Source: Verrucomicrobiia bacterium (GTDB lineage Bacteria > Zixibacteria > MSB-5A5 > DSPP01). From it: DNA of 64,000 nucleotides. Of this stretch, positions 26,469 to 37,305 are shown piece after piece. How positions within the stretch are numbered: the stretch's first letter is position 1; each line of letters starts with the position of its first letter. The position numbers were made by a program, and so were the translations under genes. The DNA lies in assembly GCA_035574275.1 (NCBI GenBank), contig DATLYY010000003.1, positions 20,482 through 84,481 on the forward strand, given 5' to 3'. A model generated the notes under the pieces. It was not told the DNA's origin. It saw nothing but the letters and a program-made list of their open reading frames with translations, and made no database searches.

Positions 26469-28486
26469 CTAACGACTTGACTGCCTTTTCGATTTCTTTG
26501 GCTCCATCGCAGCAATTGGAGCCGACCCTGCTTTCTTGCTTTCTGCAAGGGTTATTTCTTTTTCCAGCCTCATTATTCTCTTTTGCACTTCCTCCCCCTT
26601 CTCCCCCCAAGCGACGGTTTTGTGATAGCGGTTCAAGGCCTTCTTTTTCGCCCCGCGCCATTCGTAGTACAAGCCGGAGCGGTAGAGGTACAGAACGAGC
26701 ATTTTGACCGCCTGCGGGTCGTTCTGCATCACCCGGTCATCCGCCGTCCAGAGATTGGAAACCTCCCACATCAACTGCCGCTCGAGGGAAACGGTGTCCA
26801 GAACGAAGGGGGTGTCTATCAATTGGAAGAGAAAGCCGGTCGGCTGCAAGCGCTCGACCAAGTCCTTGTCCCGCTCGGTGAATTCCAGAAAAACCGGGAC
26901 TTTTTTCTGCGTCAGCCGCGTGGTCCAATGACGGAAAAGCGCATCCCCCTCTCTTTTCTTCGGCTTGGAGGAAAAGACCGTGGTGAGACGGGGAAAATTC
27001 TCAACCAAGCTTTTGCGGTACCAATCCGCCTCCATAAACGCCCGGTTCACCACCACCACGTCCTTGCGCCACCCCTCGCCGTATTGCACTCCGCGCAGAA
27101 CAAAATCGAGCGCGGGGGAATCGAGAAAAACCACCCCCCCCGGAGGAACGGGGGAAAGCGCCTCCTGCGCCATCTTCAAGGCAATTCGGTTTTCAGATAG
27201 GTCGCATAGGGGACGGGAAAAGGTCCAGGGGATCAAACTGAATAGCAAAAACAGACCCGCCAGCCCTACGCGGGCAAAGCCGACCAGAAAATTGGAAACC
27301 GCGCCGACGGCATGCTCCACCACGCCAAAGAAGGCCGCAATGGTCGTGGCGATGCCGAGCCCCAAGGCAAAAAGGGAAAAGACCAGATAGCCGTGCAAAT
27401 CCGGATTGTCCGGGATAACCTCGGCCGCCAGGAGGGCGGTGACCAAAAGGTTGCCGGCGAGCAGGAAAGCCGCCTTCCAAAACCAGCTTTTGTTTGTGAA
27501 AAGCAGAATCAAAAACCCGCCGAAGGCAAAGAAGAAAAGTCCCATTCCAAGCTGGTCAAACAAAACGGACAAAAGTTGGTGCATCTTTACCAGATTGTCG
27601 ATGAACGAGGTGGAAATGGTTTTGTAGGAATCGGTGGCCAAGACCAGATTGGCGGTGGAGGCAAAATCGGCCGGTCCCCCCCAGTTGAAAAGCGGCTGGC
27701 TCCAGGCCCGCACGGGCAGGTAGAGATAGGTTGAAATTCCAAGCAGAAACAAGAAGAACAAACCCATCCATTTTTTAAAATTCAAGCTGGTAAAGGTGGA
27801 CGGCCCCGCCACGGCGAAAAGAAACGGGAAGGTGGCCAAAAGAGTGATGTGGTGATTCCCCAATCCGAGAAACGCGACGAAAATTCCGAGCCAGAACCAG
27901 CGGGCTGTGGCATGATTCCCAACTTTGACTACGGCCGGCGTATAGTCGCCGCTTTCCTCGCCGAAGGACTCGAAGCCGGGCCGCGGAAAGGAAGCGGAGG
28001 GCTGCCTTGCCGCTTCGGGGCGGGGCGGCGGCGTTGCCCGCAGAAAACAATAAAGGGCAAAAGTGAACAAAAACGCCCCCAAGGTATAAACCTCCGCCCG
28101 CACCGCCTGAATCCAGAAAGTGAAAGTGAAACCGATGGTCAAAGTGGTGAAGAAAGCCACCAGATTCCGCCGGGCCGCCGAGCCCCCCAAAAGTTCGTTC
28201 TGTCTTTTCAAAAACATTACCAGCGAAAGATGGAAGAAAACAAGCGCCAAGGCGCCGCAAAAACCGGAGAAAAGATTCTGCTGATAAACAAACCCGCCGA
28301 TGGGCAGGTAGCTGAAAAGCTTGGCCATAAGAACGTAGAGCGGAAACCCCGGCCGGTGCGGTACGCCGAGCGTCTTGACATTGGCCACCAACTCGCCGGA
28401 ATCCCACCAGAAAACGGAGGGGGCAGTGGAAACGAGATACACCAGAAAGAAGAAGAAGAAAAGAAAACTTGGCCCCAGCGCCTTTT

Positions 28487-28490
<4 letters not shown>
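26469..28490 (-). CDS. second DUF2723 (TMEM260/PMT-like GT-C) membrane protein paralog
   Basis: Same polytopic architecture and conserved N-terminal loop (PSVFWWDSGEL) as 21685-23784. The start is set to MKKALGPSF (28490), directly after the stop of the response-regulator gene. The ORF track N-terminal extension (to 28781) overlaps that gene. Confidence 0.8.
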
Positions 28491-29848
<1,358 letters not shown>

Positions 29849-29966
29849 ACTCCCCCATTTTGGGCCAAAAGTAAACGGCCCCCTTTCCTTATTTTATCGG
29901 CAAATTTTGTGGAATTTTCAGAGGGAAATGCAAATAGAAACGCTGTGCGGGTGAAGCAGCCCCGCC

Positions 29967-31214
29967 CTATTCTTTCGGCTCTTTTTGGCCGGAGCCGAAG
30001 ATATCCAGCATTTTTACGCCGGGAGTGTATTCGAGGGTGGCCGGCTCCGTGATGCGCATCAAGGCGGCGGTCACTTCTTGAATGCGCCCGGCCGCTTCCT
30101 CGATGATTTTCAGCTTTTCCTCCACGTCCGGGGGCAGGTCTTTTGTACGCAGGCGGACCAACTGGGCGTTCCCGATGACCGCCGTGAGCGGGTTGTTCAC
30201 CTCGTGGCTGACGGCAATGGCGGTCTCGATGATCGCCGCCAGCCGCTCTTTTTTTATTTCCTCCGACTGGGAGAGGGACAAGGCCATTACCGCCCGGCGG
30301 ATTTCAAGATAGGACAAAACATTTTCCGCCCCGAGCAGAACCGCGGCAAGCTTTTCTAAAACGGCGGTCTTCTGCCCCTCTTCTATTGCGACCGAACTAC
30401 CGAGGTAAAAAAGCCCCCCGAATTTCCCGCCGGTTTTTACCGGGATAATCAAAGCCGACTTCGAGCCGGCCGCCCTGAAGCGTGCCTCCGCCGTCCCCAA
30501 TCGGGACAAAAGTTGAACCTCCCCCTTCCCCCAGAGTTTGCCGAAGGCGGAATGCGGGTCCAGTTCCGAATGGCTTTGTTCCTCGGCGGTGGAAGCTCCG
30601 GCGGAGAGGAAAAATTCGCGGAAGGTTTTTTCCTCATCGAACAAAAACCCGACGAGGTTGAAGCTCTCTTTTTTTAAAAAATTCCGCGCCCAGAAAAGAA
30701 ACGCTCCCGGTTCCAGGGGGGCGACCGGCCTCGCACCCGAATGTGCGATTGCCGCTTCTTTCTGTTTTTGCGAAAGCGTCCGCTCGAAGGTCAGGGCGAA
30801 TTGGATGCCGAGGGCGGAGAGAAACTCCTCATCCCCGGCAAAATTCCGCTCCTTTTTATCCAGCCCTTCGAGCAACCCGAGCGGGCCGAAACTGCCGGAA
30901 ACCGGCACCCCGAAAACCGCGCGGGCTCCTTCCCGCTTGAGCGAAAGATGAAACCCCTCCACTCCGTAGTTTTTTCGCAGCCCGGCCAGCACTTCCTTTT
31001 CCAGTTCGGCCAAGGCCGAAAGCGCCTGTCTTTGCCCGGATTCGATAACGATTTCCTTTTCCCCCAGGAAATTGATGTGCAACGAGAGCGCTTCCAGCTC
31101 TAAAAGTTCGGCAACCTCCCCCAAAATCCGCTTGGCGAGCGGCTCGAACTCCCCCTTGGCCAAGGTAAGCGTTTTTAGGATTTCAAACTTTTTTCTAAAC
31201 CCGGTCTCCGACAT
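29967..31214 (-). CDS. GAF-domain sensor protein with a HisKA phospho-acceptor domain but no HATPase_c domain
   Basis: H-box SHEVNNPLTAVIGNAQL lies near the C-terminus and the protein ends about 75 aa later without N/G1/G2 boxes. A 118-nt non-coding gap follows. Confidence 0.7.
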   Translation of the reverse strand: MSETGFRKKFEILKTLTLAKGEFEPLAKRILGEVAELLELEALSLHINFLGEKEIVIESGQRQALSALAELEKEVLAGLRKNYGVEGFHLSLKREGARAVFGVPVSGSFGPLGLLEGLDKKERNFAGDEEFLSALGIQFALTFERTLSQKQKEAAIAHSGARPVAPLEPGAFLFWARNFLKKESFNLVGFLFDEEKTFREFFLSAGASTAEEQSHSELDPHSAFGKLWGKGEVQLLSRLGTAEARFRAAGSKSALIIPVKTGGKFGGLFYLGSSVAIEEGQKTAVLEKLAAVLLGAENVLSYLEIRRAVMALSLSQSEEIKKERLAAIIETAIAVSHEVNNPLTAVIGNAQLVRLRTKDLPPDVEEKLKIIEEAAGRIQEVTAALMRITEPATLEYTPGVKMLDIFGSGQKEPKE

Positions 31215-31466
31215 AATTCCCCATCCCCCTACCTCGCAAGGCCCATACCGCTCAAACCAAACTCATACCAAATAAACGATTTTTTTGTTGAATAGTAACT
31301 AATTGAAAACAAACTACTTGTGCCGATAAATTAAAGCTTTCTATAATAGCTGACGCCTCAGTTCCCCAATTCCCCCTGCAAGCCGTTTCACATAAGCGGC
31401 CAAAGAGCAAGGAGTTGCCCAAACACAAGCCCCAGCGAATCCCCTCTGTTTTTGGAAATCTTGTTC

Positions 31467-31527
31467 TTGGTAGCCGACACTTCAGTGTCGGTGCATCCAA
31501 TTCCTCGACTACGGTCGAGGCTACCAA
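31467..31527 (-). repeat. 61-nt structured element: outer 7-bp stem TTGGTAG/CTACCAA enclosing two 7-bp hairpins (CCGACAC-TTCA-GTGTCGG and CCTCGAC-TACG-GTCGAGG)
   Basis: Seen directly in sequence, just 3' of the SDR gene. The second hairpin plus GCTACCA recurs at 33818-33842. Confidence 0.5.
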
Positions 31528-31537
31528 CTACCGGAAT

Positions 31538-32332
31538 TTAATATAACGAAACGCCGCCGTCGGCGATGATGGTCTGGCCGACGATCCAGTCCGCTTCTTC
31601 GGAGGCGAGAAAGGCCACCACGTTGGCCAAATCCTCCGGCTGGCCGATCCGCCCCGCAGGGGTGCGTTTGACCGATTCGGCGACTATCTGTTCGTTGCCG
31701 GGAATGATGCGCAAAGAATCAGTATCCACCGGCCCGCCGTTTACGGCGTTCACCAGAATTCCCTTGGGGGCCAAATCGACCGCAAGATAGCGCACCATCG
31801 CCTCGATGGCCGCTTTGTTCACTCCCATTGCCGCATATCCGGGAATGTAGCGCCGCGAGCCGTAGGAAGTGAGCGCGATGATTCTCCCCTTCGGCCCGGT
31901 CATCATCTTGGCCGCCTCCCTGGAGCAGAGATAAAACGAGGTGATGTTGGCGTCTAAAGTCAGCTTCCAGTCCTCGAGCGACATTTCGAGCGTGGGGCCG
32001 AACATCGCCATCGCGGCGTTGGCGACAAACACATCCAGCCGTCCGTACGCTTCCTGCACCTCGCCGAACATCTTTTGAATCGATTCCGGATTGGCCAGAT
32101 TGCCCCGCACCATCACACACTCCGCGCCGAGCGCCTTCACTTCCAATTCGGTTTCCTTGGCCTTCTGGCGGCTTTTGAAAAAGCCGAGCGCCAGCTTGGC
32201 CCCTTCCGCCGCCATTTTCAAAGCCACCGCCCGGCCGATGCCCCGCGTCCCGCCGGTGATTAAAACAACTTTGTCGGTAAAGCGCGCCCCAATGCCGGAG
32301 GCCCTTGCCTGTGTTTCGGTTTGCATTGCCAT
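31538..32332 (-). CDS. SDR-family oxidoreductase (3-oxoacyl-ACP-reductase-like)
   Basis: TGGTRGIGRAV Rossmann motif and a YxxxK-like active-site region. The start is set at MAMQTETQ (ATG 32332) because of the upstream promoter. The ORF track extends to 32446. Confidence 0.8.
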   Translation of the reverse strand: MAMQTETQARASGIGARFTDKVVLITGGTRGIGRAVALKMAAEGAKLALGFFKSRQKAKETELEVKALGAECVMVRGNLANPESIQKMFGEVQEAYGRLDVFVANAAMAMFGPTLEMSLEDWKLTLDANITSFYLCSREAAKMMTGPKGRIIALTSYGSRRYIPGYAAMGVNKAAIEAMVRYLAVDLAPKGILVNAVNGGPVDTDSLRIIPGNEQIVAESVKRTPAGRIGQPEDLANVVAFLASEEADWIVGQTIIADGGVSLY

Positions 32333-32339
32333 TGGTGTT

Positions 32340-32368
32340 TTTATACCAAATCCCCCAAAACTTGTCAA
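32340..32368 (-). promoter_or_regulatory. sigma70-type promoter TTGACA-N17-TATAAA ending 7 nt before the ATG (leaderless SDR mRNA)
   Basis: Minus strand: TTGACAAGTTTTGGGGGATTTGGTATAAAAACACCAATGG. Confidence 0.6.
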
Positions 32369-32375
32369 GCTGCCT

Positions 32376-32711
32376 CTACGTTTTTCTCCGCAGAGCATCG
32401 ACCACCGCCTCTTCCATTTCGACAACCACGGTGGTATGGTTTTCAATCAGCCCCACAATCGCATTCCGCGGGCCTTTGCGCCACTCCTCGCTGCCGTAAA
32501 AGGCATCCTGGCTTTTCTGCCGGTCTTCCAAACCTTGATAAGCGCGAATCAGATAGTAGGAATCGCCATCGTGAAGCGAAGGACCGAAGTCGACTACATC
32601 CACCTTCCAGCGTTTGAGCATCGGCATCGATTTTTCCAGAACGAGCCGGTGAAACTCCTCCCGCCTGCCGGGTTTGAGATTATAGGCGCGGATTTCGACC
32701 GTTTTCTTCAT
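32376..32711 (-). CDS. NIPSNAP-family protein
   Basis: About 110 aa with the N-terminal EIRAYNLKPGRREEF pattern typical of NIPSNAP/Dabb-like ferredoxin-fold proteins. Confidence 0.6.
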   Translation of the reverse strand: MKKTVEIRAYNLKPGRREEFHRLVLEKSMPMLKRWKVDVVDFGPSLHDGDSYYLIRAYQGLEDRQKSQDAFYGSEEWRKGPRNAIVGLIENHTTVVVEMEEAVVDALRRKT

Positions 32712-33160
32712 TTATCTCTTCCGGCGCGGCCGCTGTTGGCGGTCTGTGATGGGGGCGTTTCCCGGGTGGCGGGCTCAATCAAACTGGATGCGGCCAGAAG
32801 CCCGGCCTTGAGAATAAGATTCTCCGGAATGGCCTCGAACACGGTCTCCTCCACTTCGACCGTCCGGCACTCGGACTCTCCGCAAACCGAGCAGCAGGGG
32901 CTGGCGCCGGCCTTTCCCTCCAGCCACTCCTCCATCGGCCGTCCCCCCATCCAAATGCGGTTGGACTCCGCGGGATTGGCCTTGAACGTTTTTTCATCGA
33001 TTGCCCGCGTTTCCAGAACCGGGCGAATTCCCAGCGGGGCAAGCGCAAGCGAAAGTTTCTCTACGGCCCGTTCCATCTCCTTTTGCGTCGTGCCGCAGCG
33101 TTCACAGGTCCTTCCATCCGGCGTCACCAATCGTTGCCAGACAATCGGCAGTTTTTTCAT
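32708..33160 (-). CDS. cysteine-rich (CxxC...CCxxC...C) thioredoxin-like/DUF2703-like protein
   Basis: Conserved Cys spacing. The start is set to MKKLPIVW. The family assignment is tentative. Confidence 0.45.
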   Translation of the reverse strand: MKKLPIVWQRLVTPDGRTCERCGTTQKEMERAVEKLSLALAPLGIRPVLETRAIDEKTFKANPAESNRIWMGGRPMEEWLEGKAGASPCCSVCGESECRTVEVEETVFEAIPENLILKAGLLAASSLIEPATRETPPSQTANSGRAGRDK

Positions 33161-33528
33161 CCCCTCTTCCCTTCCTGCACGAACCGCAAACAATTCCCGT
33201 CCGCGTCCTTGACGTACATTTCCCGCGTCCCCCAGGTTTGATCCACCGGCCCGGAGTCAATCGGGACAGTTTTGGCCTTGAATTCCCTATGGAGCGCATC
33301 CACGTCGTCGACGTAGATATTCGCTACGCCGCCGGCAACCCCGTCGCCGGAGAAGGAGGAAAGATGCAGCCAGACGCCGTCCCGCGAAATTCCCATATAG
33401 CAGGGGTCCGTTCTTTTCTCATCCGGCCGGACGGCAAATTCCTGCTTGAAACCGAGCCGCCCGCAATAAAATTCCTCCGCCTTAATGGAATTGGAGATAT
33501 GCAAAACCGGGATGGCGAATTTGAGCAT
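33157..33528 (-). CDS. VOC/glyoxalase/bleomycin-resistance family protein
   Basis: About 120 aa with a beta-alpha-beta-beta-beta glyoxalase-like pattern (HLSF...GNCLRFVQ). Confidence 0.7.
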   Translation of the reverse strand: MLKFAIPVLHISNSIKAEEFYCGRLGFKQEFAVRPDEKRTDPCYMGISRDGVWLHLSSFSGDGVAGGVANIYVDDVDALHREFKAKTVPIDSGPVDQTWGTREMYVKDADGNCLRFVQEGKRG

Positions 33529-33537
33529 CCAAGCCCC

Positions 33538-33798
33538 TTATTTCCCTTCCGCTTCCCGCTCCATTTTATAAAGGCGGGTGTAGTAATCGGCAAACTCGTT
33601 CAGATGGGCGAGCGCAATTTTGCCGGTCAAAATGGGGTCGTCGCCGGTTACGTTTGTGGAGGGGTCGACAAGGCCGTGTTCCAGTTCCACGTCCAGCCCC
33701 ATCCGGAACTGCTCCACGTCAAAGCGCTTCCAATCAATGCCCAGCATTTCGCCGATTTGGCGGGCCTGCTCGGCGGTGAACTGTTTTTTGGCTGACAC
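33538..33798 (-). CDS. small hypothetical protein (86 aa)
   Basis: GTG start preceded by AAAGGAGAAAAG. No known motifs recognised. Confidence 0.5.
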   Translation of the reverse strand: MSAKKQFTAEQARQIGEMLGIDWKRFDVEQFRMGLDVELEHGLVDPSTNVTGDDPILTGKIALAHLNEFADYYTRLYKMEREAEGK

Positions 33799-33817
33799 CT
33801 TTTCTCCTTTGCCCCCT

Positions 33818-33842
33818 CTCGACTGAAGTCGAGGCTACCACC
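33818..33842 (-). repeat. second copy of the CCTCGAC-N4-GTCGAGG-CTACCA hairpin
   Basis: Matches hairpin 2 plus the right flank of the 31467-31527 element. Confidence 0.45.
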
Positions 33843-33855
33843 TTAAAACCTTTGT

Positions 33856-33898
33856 CTTGTCCCCTCTCCGTGTCGGAGAGGGTTAGGGTGAGGTTAAC
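33856..33898 (-). repeat. copy 2 of the 42-nt hairpin element; its GGTTAA supplies the TAA stop of the DinB-like gene
   Basis: CTTGTCCCCTCTCCGTGTCGGAGAGGGTTAGGGTGAGGTTAAC, 41/42 identical to copy 3. Confidence 0.7.
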
Positions 33899-34409
33899 CC
33901 ATCCTTTCCAAGAATCTTTCTATCTGCCTTCGATGCCGCAAAATATGGACGATGGCGTGTTCCAAAAGCTGTTCCAAATCGTAGGTCGGGCCCCAGCGTA
34001 CGGTCATTTTTGTGTTCTGTATCTCCTCATCCGTCATCTCCCACTTCCCTTCGAGCGTTCCCGCCGTGTAGCGCAGAAAGCCGTCGATTTTCCCCGCCGC
34101 TTCCTGCCGGGCAACCATTACACCCGACCCGCCAGGTCCATTTGGCGACCCGCGCAAGTGTTCTTTGGGGGTTTGGGAGGGAATGCCGAACGCCCCCCGG
34201 ATGTAGTCCGCATAGCCGTATCCGGCCCGCACCACGTGGGTGATGATGGTTTGGATGGAGCGGCAGTCGGGGTCTTTGGTGTCGGGGTCGACGATGCGCT
34301 CATATTGCTCCACCGTGGCTCTTCCCACCACGTTTTTTAATTCCCCCCCCGCCCGTTCGTACTCATCCATCATCGCCCCCACCCCGCCTTTACGGTAAGC
34401 TTTTGTCAT
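33894..34409 (-). CDS. DinB/YfiT-like (DinB_2) metal-dependent protein
   Basis: His-rich helical bundle with a C-terminal H..H.RQ motif. Confidence 0.65.
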   Translation of the reverse strand: MTKAYRKGGVGAMMDEYERAGGELKNVVGRATVEQYERIVDPDTKDPDCRSIQTIITHVVRAGYGYADYIRGAFGIPSQTPKEHLRGSPNGPGGSGVMVARQEAAGKIDGFLRYTAGTLEGKWEMTDEEIQNTKMTVRWGPTYDLEQLLEHAIVHILRHRRQIERFLERMG

Positions 34410-34473
34410 TTTCCTCCAAACGATAATTCACAAATTAATATTTCCAATTTGACTGCAACTTTCATTTGTATGT

Positions 34474-35505
34474 TCATCTTCCATGATGTCGAGCAACTTC
34501 TTCTTTGCTCAAGCGCAGAAACCGAGCGGCGTTGATGTATAGAATGTCCCGTTTCTGCTCCTCAGACAGAAACGGTGCCGATTCAATTGCGTCTATGGAG
34601 GGTTCGATGACGCCGGGCCACACCATCTGGTCGGAGCCAAACATAATCCGTTTTCCAAAACCGGCTTCCACAATCGTGCGCAGAAAACGGTAAAGCTCGG
34701 CGCGGGGGAGTCCGAAGATGATTCCGCCCAATTCCGCGTACACCTGGGGATGCGCCCAAAATAGGGCCAGTAAATCATCCAGCATTGGCCAGCCAGCATG
34801 CATAATGTAAACTCGTAGTTTCGGACGCCGGATGAGCGCTTCTTCCAAGGTGAGCGGACTGTGTAAAGCGGCCCGATAGCGGCCGGCTCCCAAATAAGGA
34901 GCCCCGGGCGGGCCGGTCCCGATGTGGATGCCGACCGGAATGTCCAGTTCTTCCGCCACCGCGAGGTATGGTTCAAAAAGAGAGTCATCGGGTCGAATGC
35001 CGACATATTGGTTGGTTACCTCGGCCAGAACTGCAAAGTGCCCGGACTGATATAATCGGCGGAGCGAATCAGGGGAGATTTTTTCGCGGCCAAACTGGAA
35101 CTGAAAACCGGCGATGAATCGGCCCGGCGCGGCCTTGCTCCATTCTCGCACCCGTTCCAAAGTCCCGCTCAAGACACCAAAAACGTTGCGCCTTTTCATC
35201 GCCGCAATGGTCTGCCACATAAGTTCCTCGTCTGTTTTGGGCGACCAAACAGGATCGGGACAGGGGGGGTTTTTCTGCCAAGCGATAAAGATATCCCCCC
35301 ACGATTCGGCCGGATCGTTGGTTGGAAATCCTTGGGTGGGCACACACAGCCCCAAAGGGGGCGGCCCGTTGGCGTCCGCTGACAATGCGTGGAGGTGCAT
35401 ATCGATGACTGGAAGGCGTCCTTGGGCGGAAAGCGGATTTGCAAAAAGAAGAATCAATAGCCCCAGGAGTAGTCCCAACCTTCTTGTTTCCGCATGATTT
35501 GTCAT
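34474..35505 (-). CDS. secreted amidohydrolase-family (amidohydrolase_2) metal-dependent hydrolase
   Basis: Signal peptide, an IDMHLHA metal-binding start, and TIM-barrel hydrolase motifs. The start is set to MTNHAET (35505) by promoter position. Confidence 0.75.
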   Translation of the reverse strand: MTNHAETRRLGLLLGLLILLFANPLSAQGRLPVIDMHLHALSADANGPPPLGLCVPTQGFPTNDPAESWGDIFIAWQKNPPCPDPVWSPKTDEELMWQTIAAMKRRNVFGVLSGTLERVREWSKAAPGRFIAGFQFQFGREKISPDSLRRLYQSGHFAVLAEVTNQYVGIRPDDSLFEPYLAVAEELDIPVGIHIGTGPPGAPYLGAGRYRAALHSPLTLEEALIRRPKLRVYIMHAGWPMLDDLLALFWAHPQVYAELGGIIFGLPRAELYRFLRTIVEAGFGKRIMFGSDQMVWPGVIEPSIDAIESAPFLSEEQKRDILYINAARFLRLSKEEVARHHGR

Positions 35506-35512
35506 TGGCGGC

Positions 35513-35541
35513 TTTATACCATACTCCGAAAAACTTGTCAA
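35513..35541 (-). promoter_or_regulatory. TTGACA-N17-TATAAA promoter ending 7 nt before the ATG (leaderless)
   Basis: Minus strand: TTGACAAGTTTTTCGGAGTATGGTATAAAGCCGCCAATGA. Confidence 0.6.
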
Positions 35542-35686
35542 CTACTCCACAACCGTCAAAAGCCTTTCCGTGGAGGCTTGGGGGCGGTAATCATGGAGAA
35601 ACGAGAAAAGCGGCCTAACTCCGGCCGCTTTCTCGAAATTGCAAAAACCGAAAAGGTCGGGAACTATCCCTAAAAAAGCTTGGCTC

Positions 35687-36124
35687 CTACTTGGCCGGAA
35701 TCAGGTCGAACTTGCCGGCGCCTTCGTTGTAAAAGAGCGCGCCCTCCGTGGAGTCACCGCCGCTCCAGTGCTTGTGCCCGCCCGGAATCCGCAGGAATTC
35801 TCCGGGGCCGACCCGCTTTTCACCGTCGTCGTCCTTATACAGATAAGCCCCCTTGATAACCACGAGCCAGTTATCGTTGGTGTGTGTATGCCATCCGGCG
35901 TCGAATCCGGGCACGAATTTGACAAAGGAACCAAAGCGCCCTTTGTCCGGATCCCCCCATAGGGTTGCCCGGGAAGCGCCGGGAACTATGTCCTTGTAGG
36001 TTGCCTGGTCGGCCGAGGCAAAGGTCGCTTTTTTCGCCTTGGGCTGTTTCGCCTGCCCAAAACCGATTACGTAGACAACGGCTAAAAGAATCGCCGCCGC
36101 CAGAAACGCCACTATTTTTTTCAC
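35687..36124 (-). CDS. secreted cupin-domain protein
   Basis: Signal peptide plus cupin-like G.H.H....E...G / G..H motifs. GTG start preceded by AAGGAGG. Confidence 0.65.
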   Translation of the reverse strand: MKKIVAFLAAAILLAVVYVIGFGQAKQPKAKKATFASADQATYKDIVPGASRATLWGDPDKGRFGSFVKFVPGFDAGWHTHTNDNWLVVIKGAYLYKDDDGEKRVGPGEFLRIPGGHKHWSGGDSTEGALFYNEGAGKFDLIPAK

Positions 36125-36153
36125 GTCTTCCTCCTTTGTTTGTTTGCGTAGTT

Positions 36154-36182
36154 GGTATAGCCAATCTTTGAAAACTTGTCAA
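36154..36182 (-). promoter_or_regulatory. TTGACAAGTTTT-N-TATACC promoter with a 30-nt SD-containing leader
   Basis: Same extended -35 as the other copies. Here a leader with AGGAGG follows. Confidence 0.5.
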
Positions 36183-36905
36183 CTACGTGAGGACTTCCAA
36201 AAGCTTTTCTGAAAGCGCCTCCGGCACGGTAATCATTGAGCAATGGGAGGTGGCCAGTTCCATGTATTTCCAGTCGGGCCGCCCTTTGAGTTCCCGCGCC
36301 AAGCGGGGAAATGAGCCGTCGGGGGGATTGCCCGTGCAAAAAATGAAAGTTCGCGGAATTTTTTCCGCTTTGGGATTTCCGAGAATGGCCGGCTCAATGA
36401 CCGTGCGATAAGGATGCGCCGTCAGCTTGGAACGGAGCCACTCCACGTCCTTCTCAATGCTGATTCCAAGCGTTTCGCTCTTTGGGTCCAAGGCCGGAAT
36501 CTTCCACCCCTCCCCTTCCGTTTTGGCCAGTTCTTCCAGCATTATTCGGAAGCGCTCCACCTGCAAATCGGAAAGGGATTTTCCATTTTCCGGCACAAAG
36601 GCGTCCAAGTAAACCAAGTGGGCAATGCGCTCCGGCACTCGATGAGAAACAGAGCCGATTACCATCCCGGAGTAGCTGTGCCCCACCAAAACGACATCGT
36701 GCAAATCCTGAAATTGGAGGAAGTTCACCACGTCATCCACGTGTGTCTGCAACCCGACTTCGGGAGTCAAAAGATGGGAACGCTCTCCCAAACCGGTCAA
36801 AGTGACGGCGGAGGCCTCGTGCCCGTGGGCGCACAGCCTGGGTATCACCCGGTTCCAGCACCACGCGCCAAAAAAGGCGCCGTGGACTAAGACGAAATGA
36901 GCCAT
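36183..36905 (-). CDS. alpha/beta-hydrolase fold esterase (methylesterase/SABP2-like)
   Basis: HGAFFGAWCW N-terminus, GHSYSG nucleophile elbow, and a C-terminal His. Confidence 0.75.
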   Translation of the reverse strand: MAHFVLVHGAFFGAWCWNRVIPRLCAHGHEASAVTLTGLGERSHLLTPEVGLQTHVDDVVNFLQFQDLHDVVLVGHSYSGMVIGSVSHRVPERIAHLVYLDAFVPENGKSLSDLQVERFRIMLEELAKTEGEGWKIPALDPKSETLGISIEKDVEWLRSKLTAHPYRTVIEPAILGNPKAEKIPRTFIFCTGNPPDGSFPRLARELKGRPDWKYMELATSHCSMITVPEALSEKLLEVLT

Positions 36906-36912
36906 TAGCTTT

Positions 36913-37305
36913 TTATTTCTTTATGTACGGCTTCAACTGCAAATCAATGCGGCCGATGTGGCTCTTGAGCCAGTCCTCCGCGATGCCCATAAGCTCGTGC
37001 GCGTCCTCGGATAAATAGCCGCGCGATTCATACCGCTTGCGAAAGTCGTCATAGACCGAAAGAAAGCGGGCGTGATCCTCCCGGTTTTTGTCCGCTATCG
37101 GACAGCGGTATTCCTCCATGCACCGTTCCTCGTATTTGAAATGCCCGCGGAAGTAGCGCTCCAGAAAATCAAGCAAAAGTCCGAATGTTTTCTCCCCCCG
37201 GCCTTCGCCGAGAGCGGTCTGAAAATCCCCCACCGTCTTGAAAAGCATTTTGTGCTGTTCGTCGATGCGCGGCTCGCCGACGGCATAGCCGTCACTCCAT
37301 TTCAT
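36913..37305 (-). CDS. hemerythrin-like metal-binding protein
   Basis: H...H..E...H....H.....D ligand pattern (DEQHK, HFKYEE, DHARF). The start is set to MKWSDGY, adjacent to the upstream stop. Confidence 0.7.
   Translation of the reverse strand: MKWSDGYAVGEPRIDEQHKMLFKTVGDFQTALGEGRGEKTFGLLLDFLERYFRGHFKYEERCMEEYRCPIADKNREDHARFLSVYDDFRKRYESRGYLSEDAHELMGIAEDWLKSHIGRIDLQLKPYIKK

Noticed and set aside
31252-31527. 91-aa minus-strand ORF between the SDR and the GAF sensor
   Set aside because: Covers the structured hairpin element and an AT-rich promoter region. Composition is atypical for this genome's genes.
32091-33212. 373-aa plus-strand ORF
   Set aside because: Overlaps four minus-strand genes with clear family signatures.
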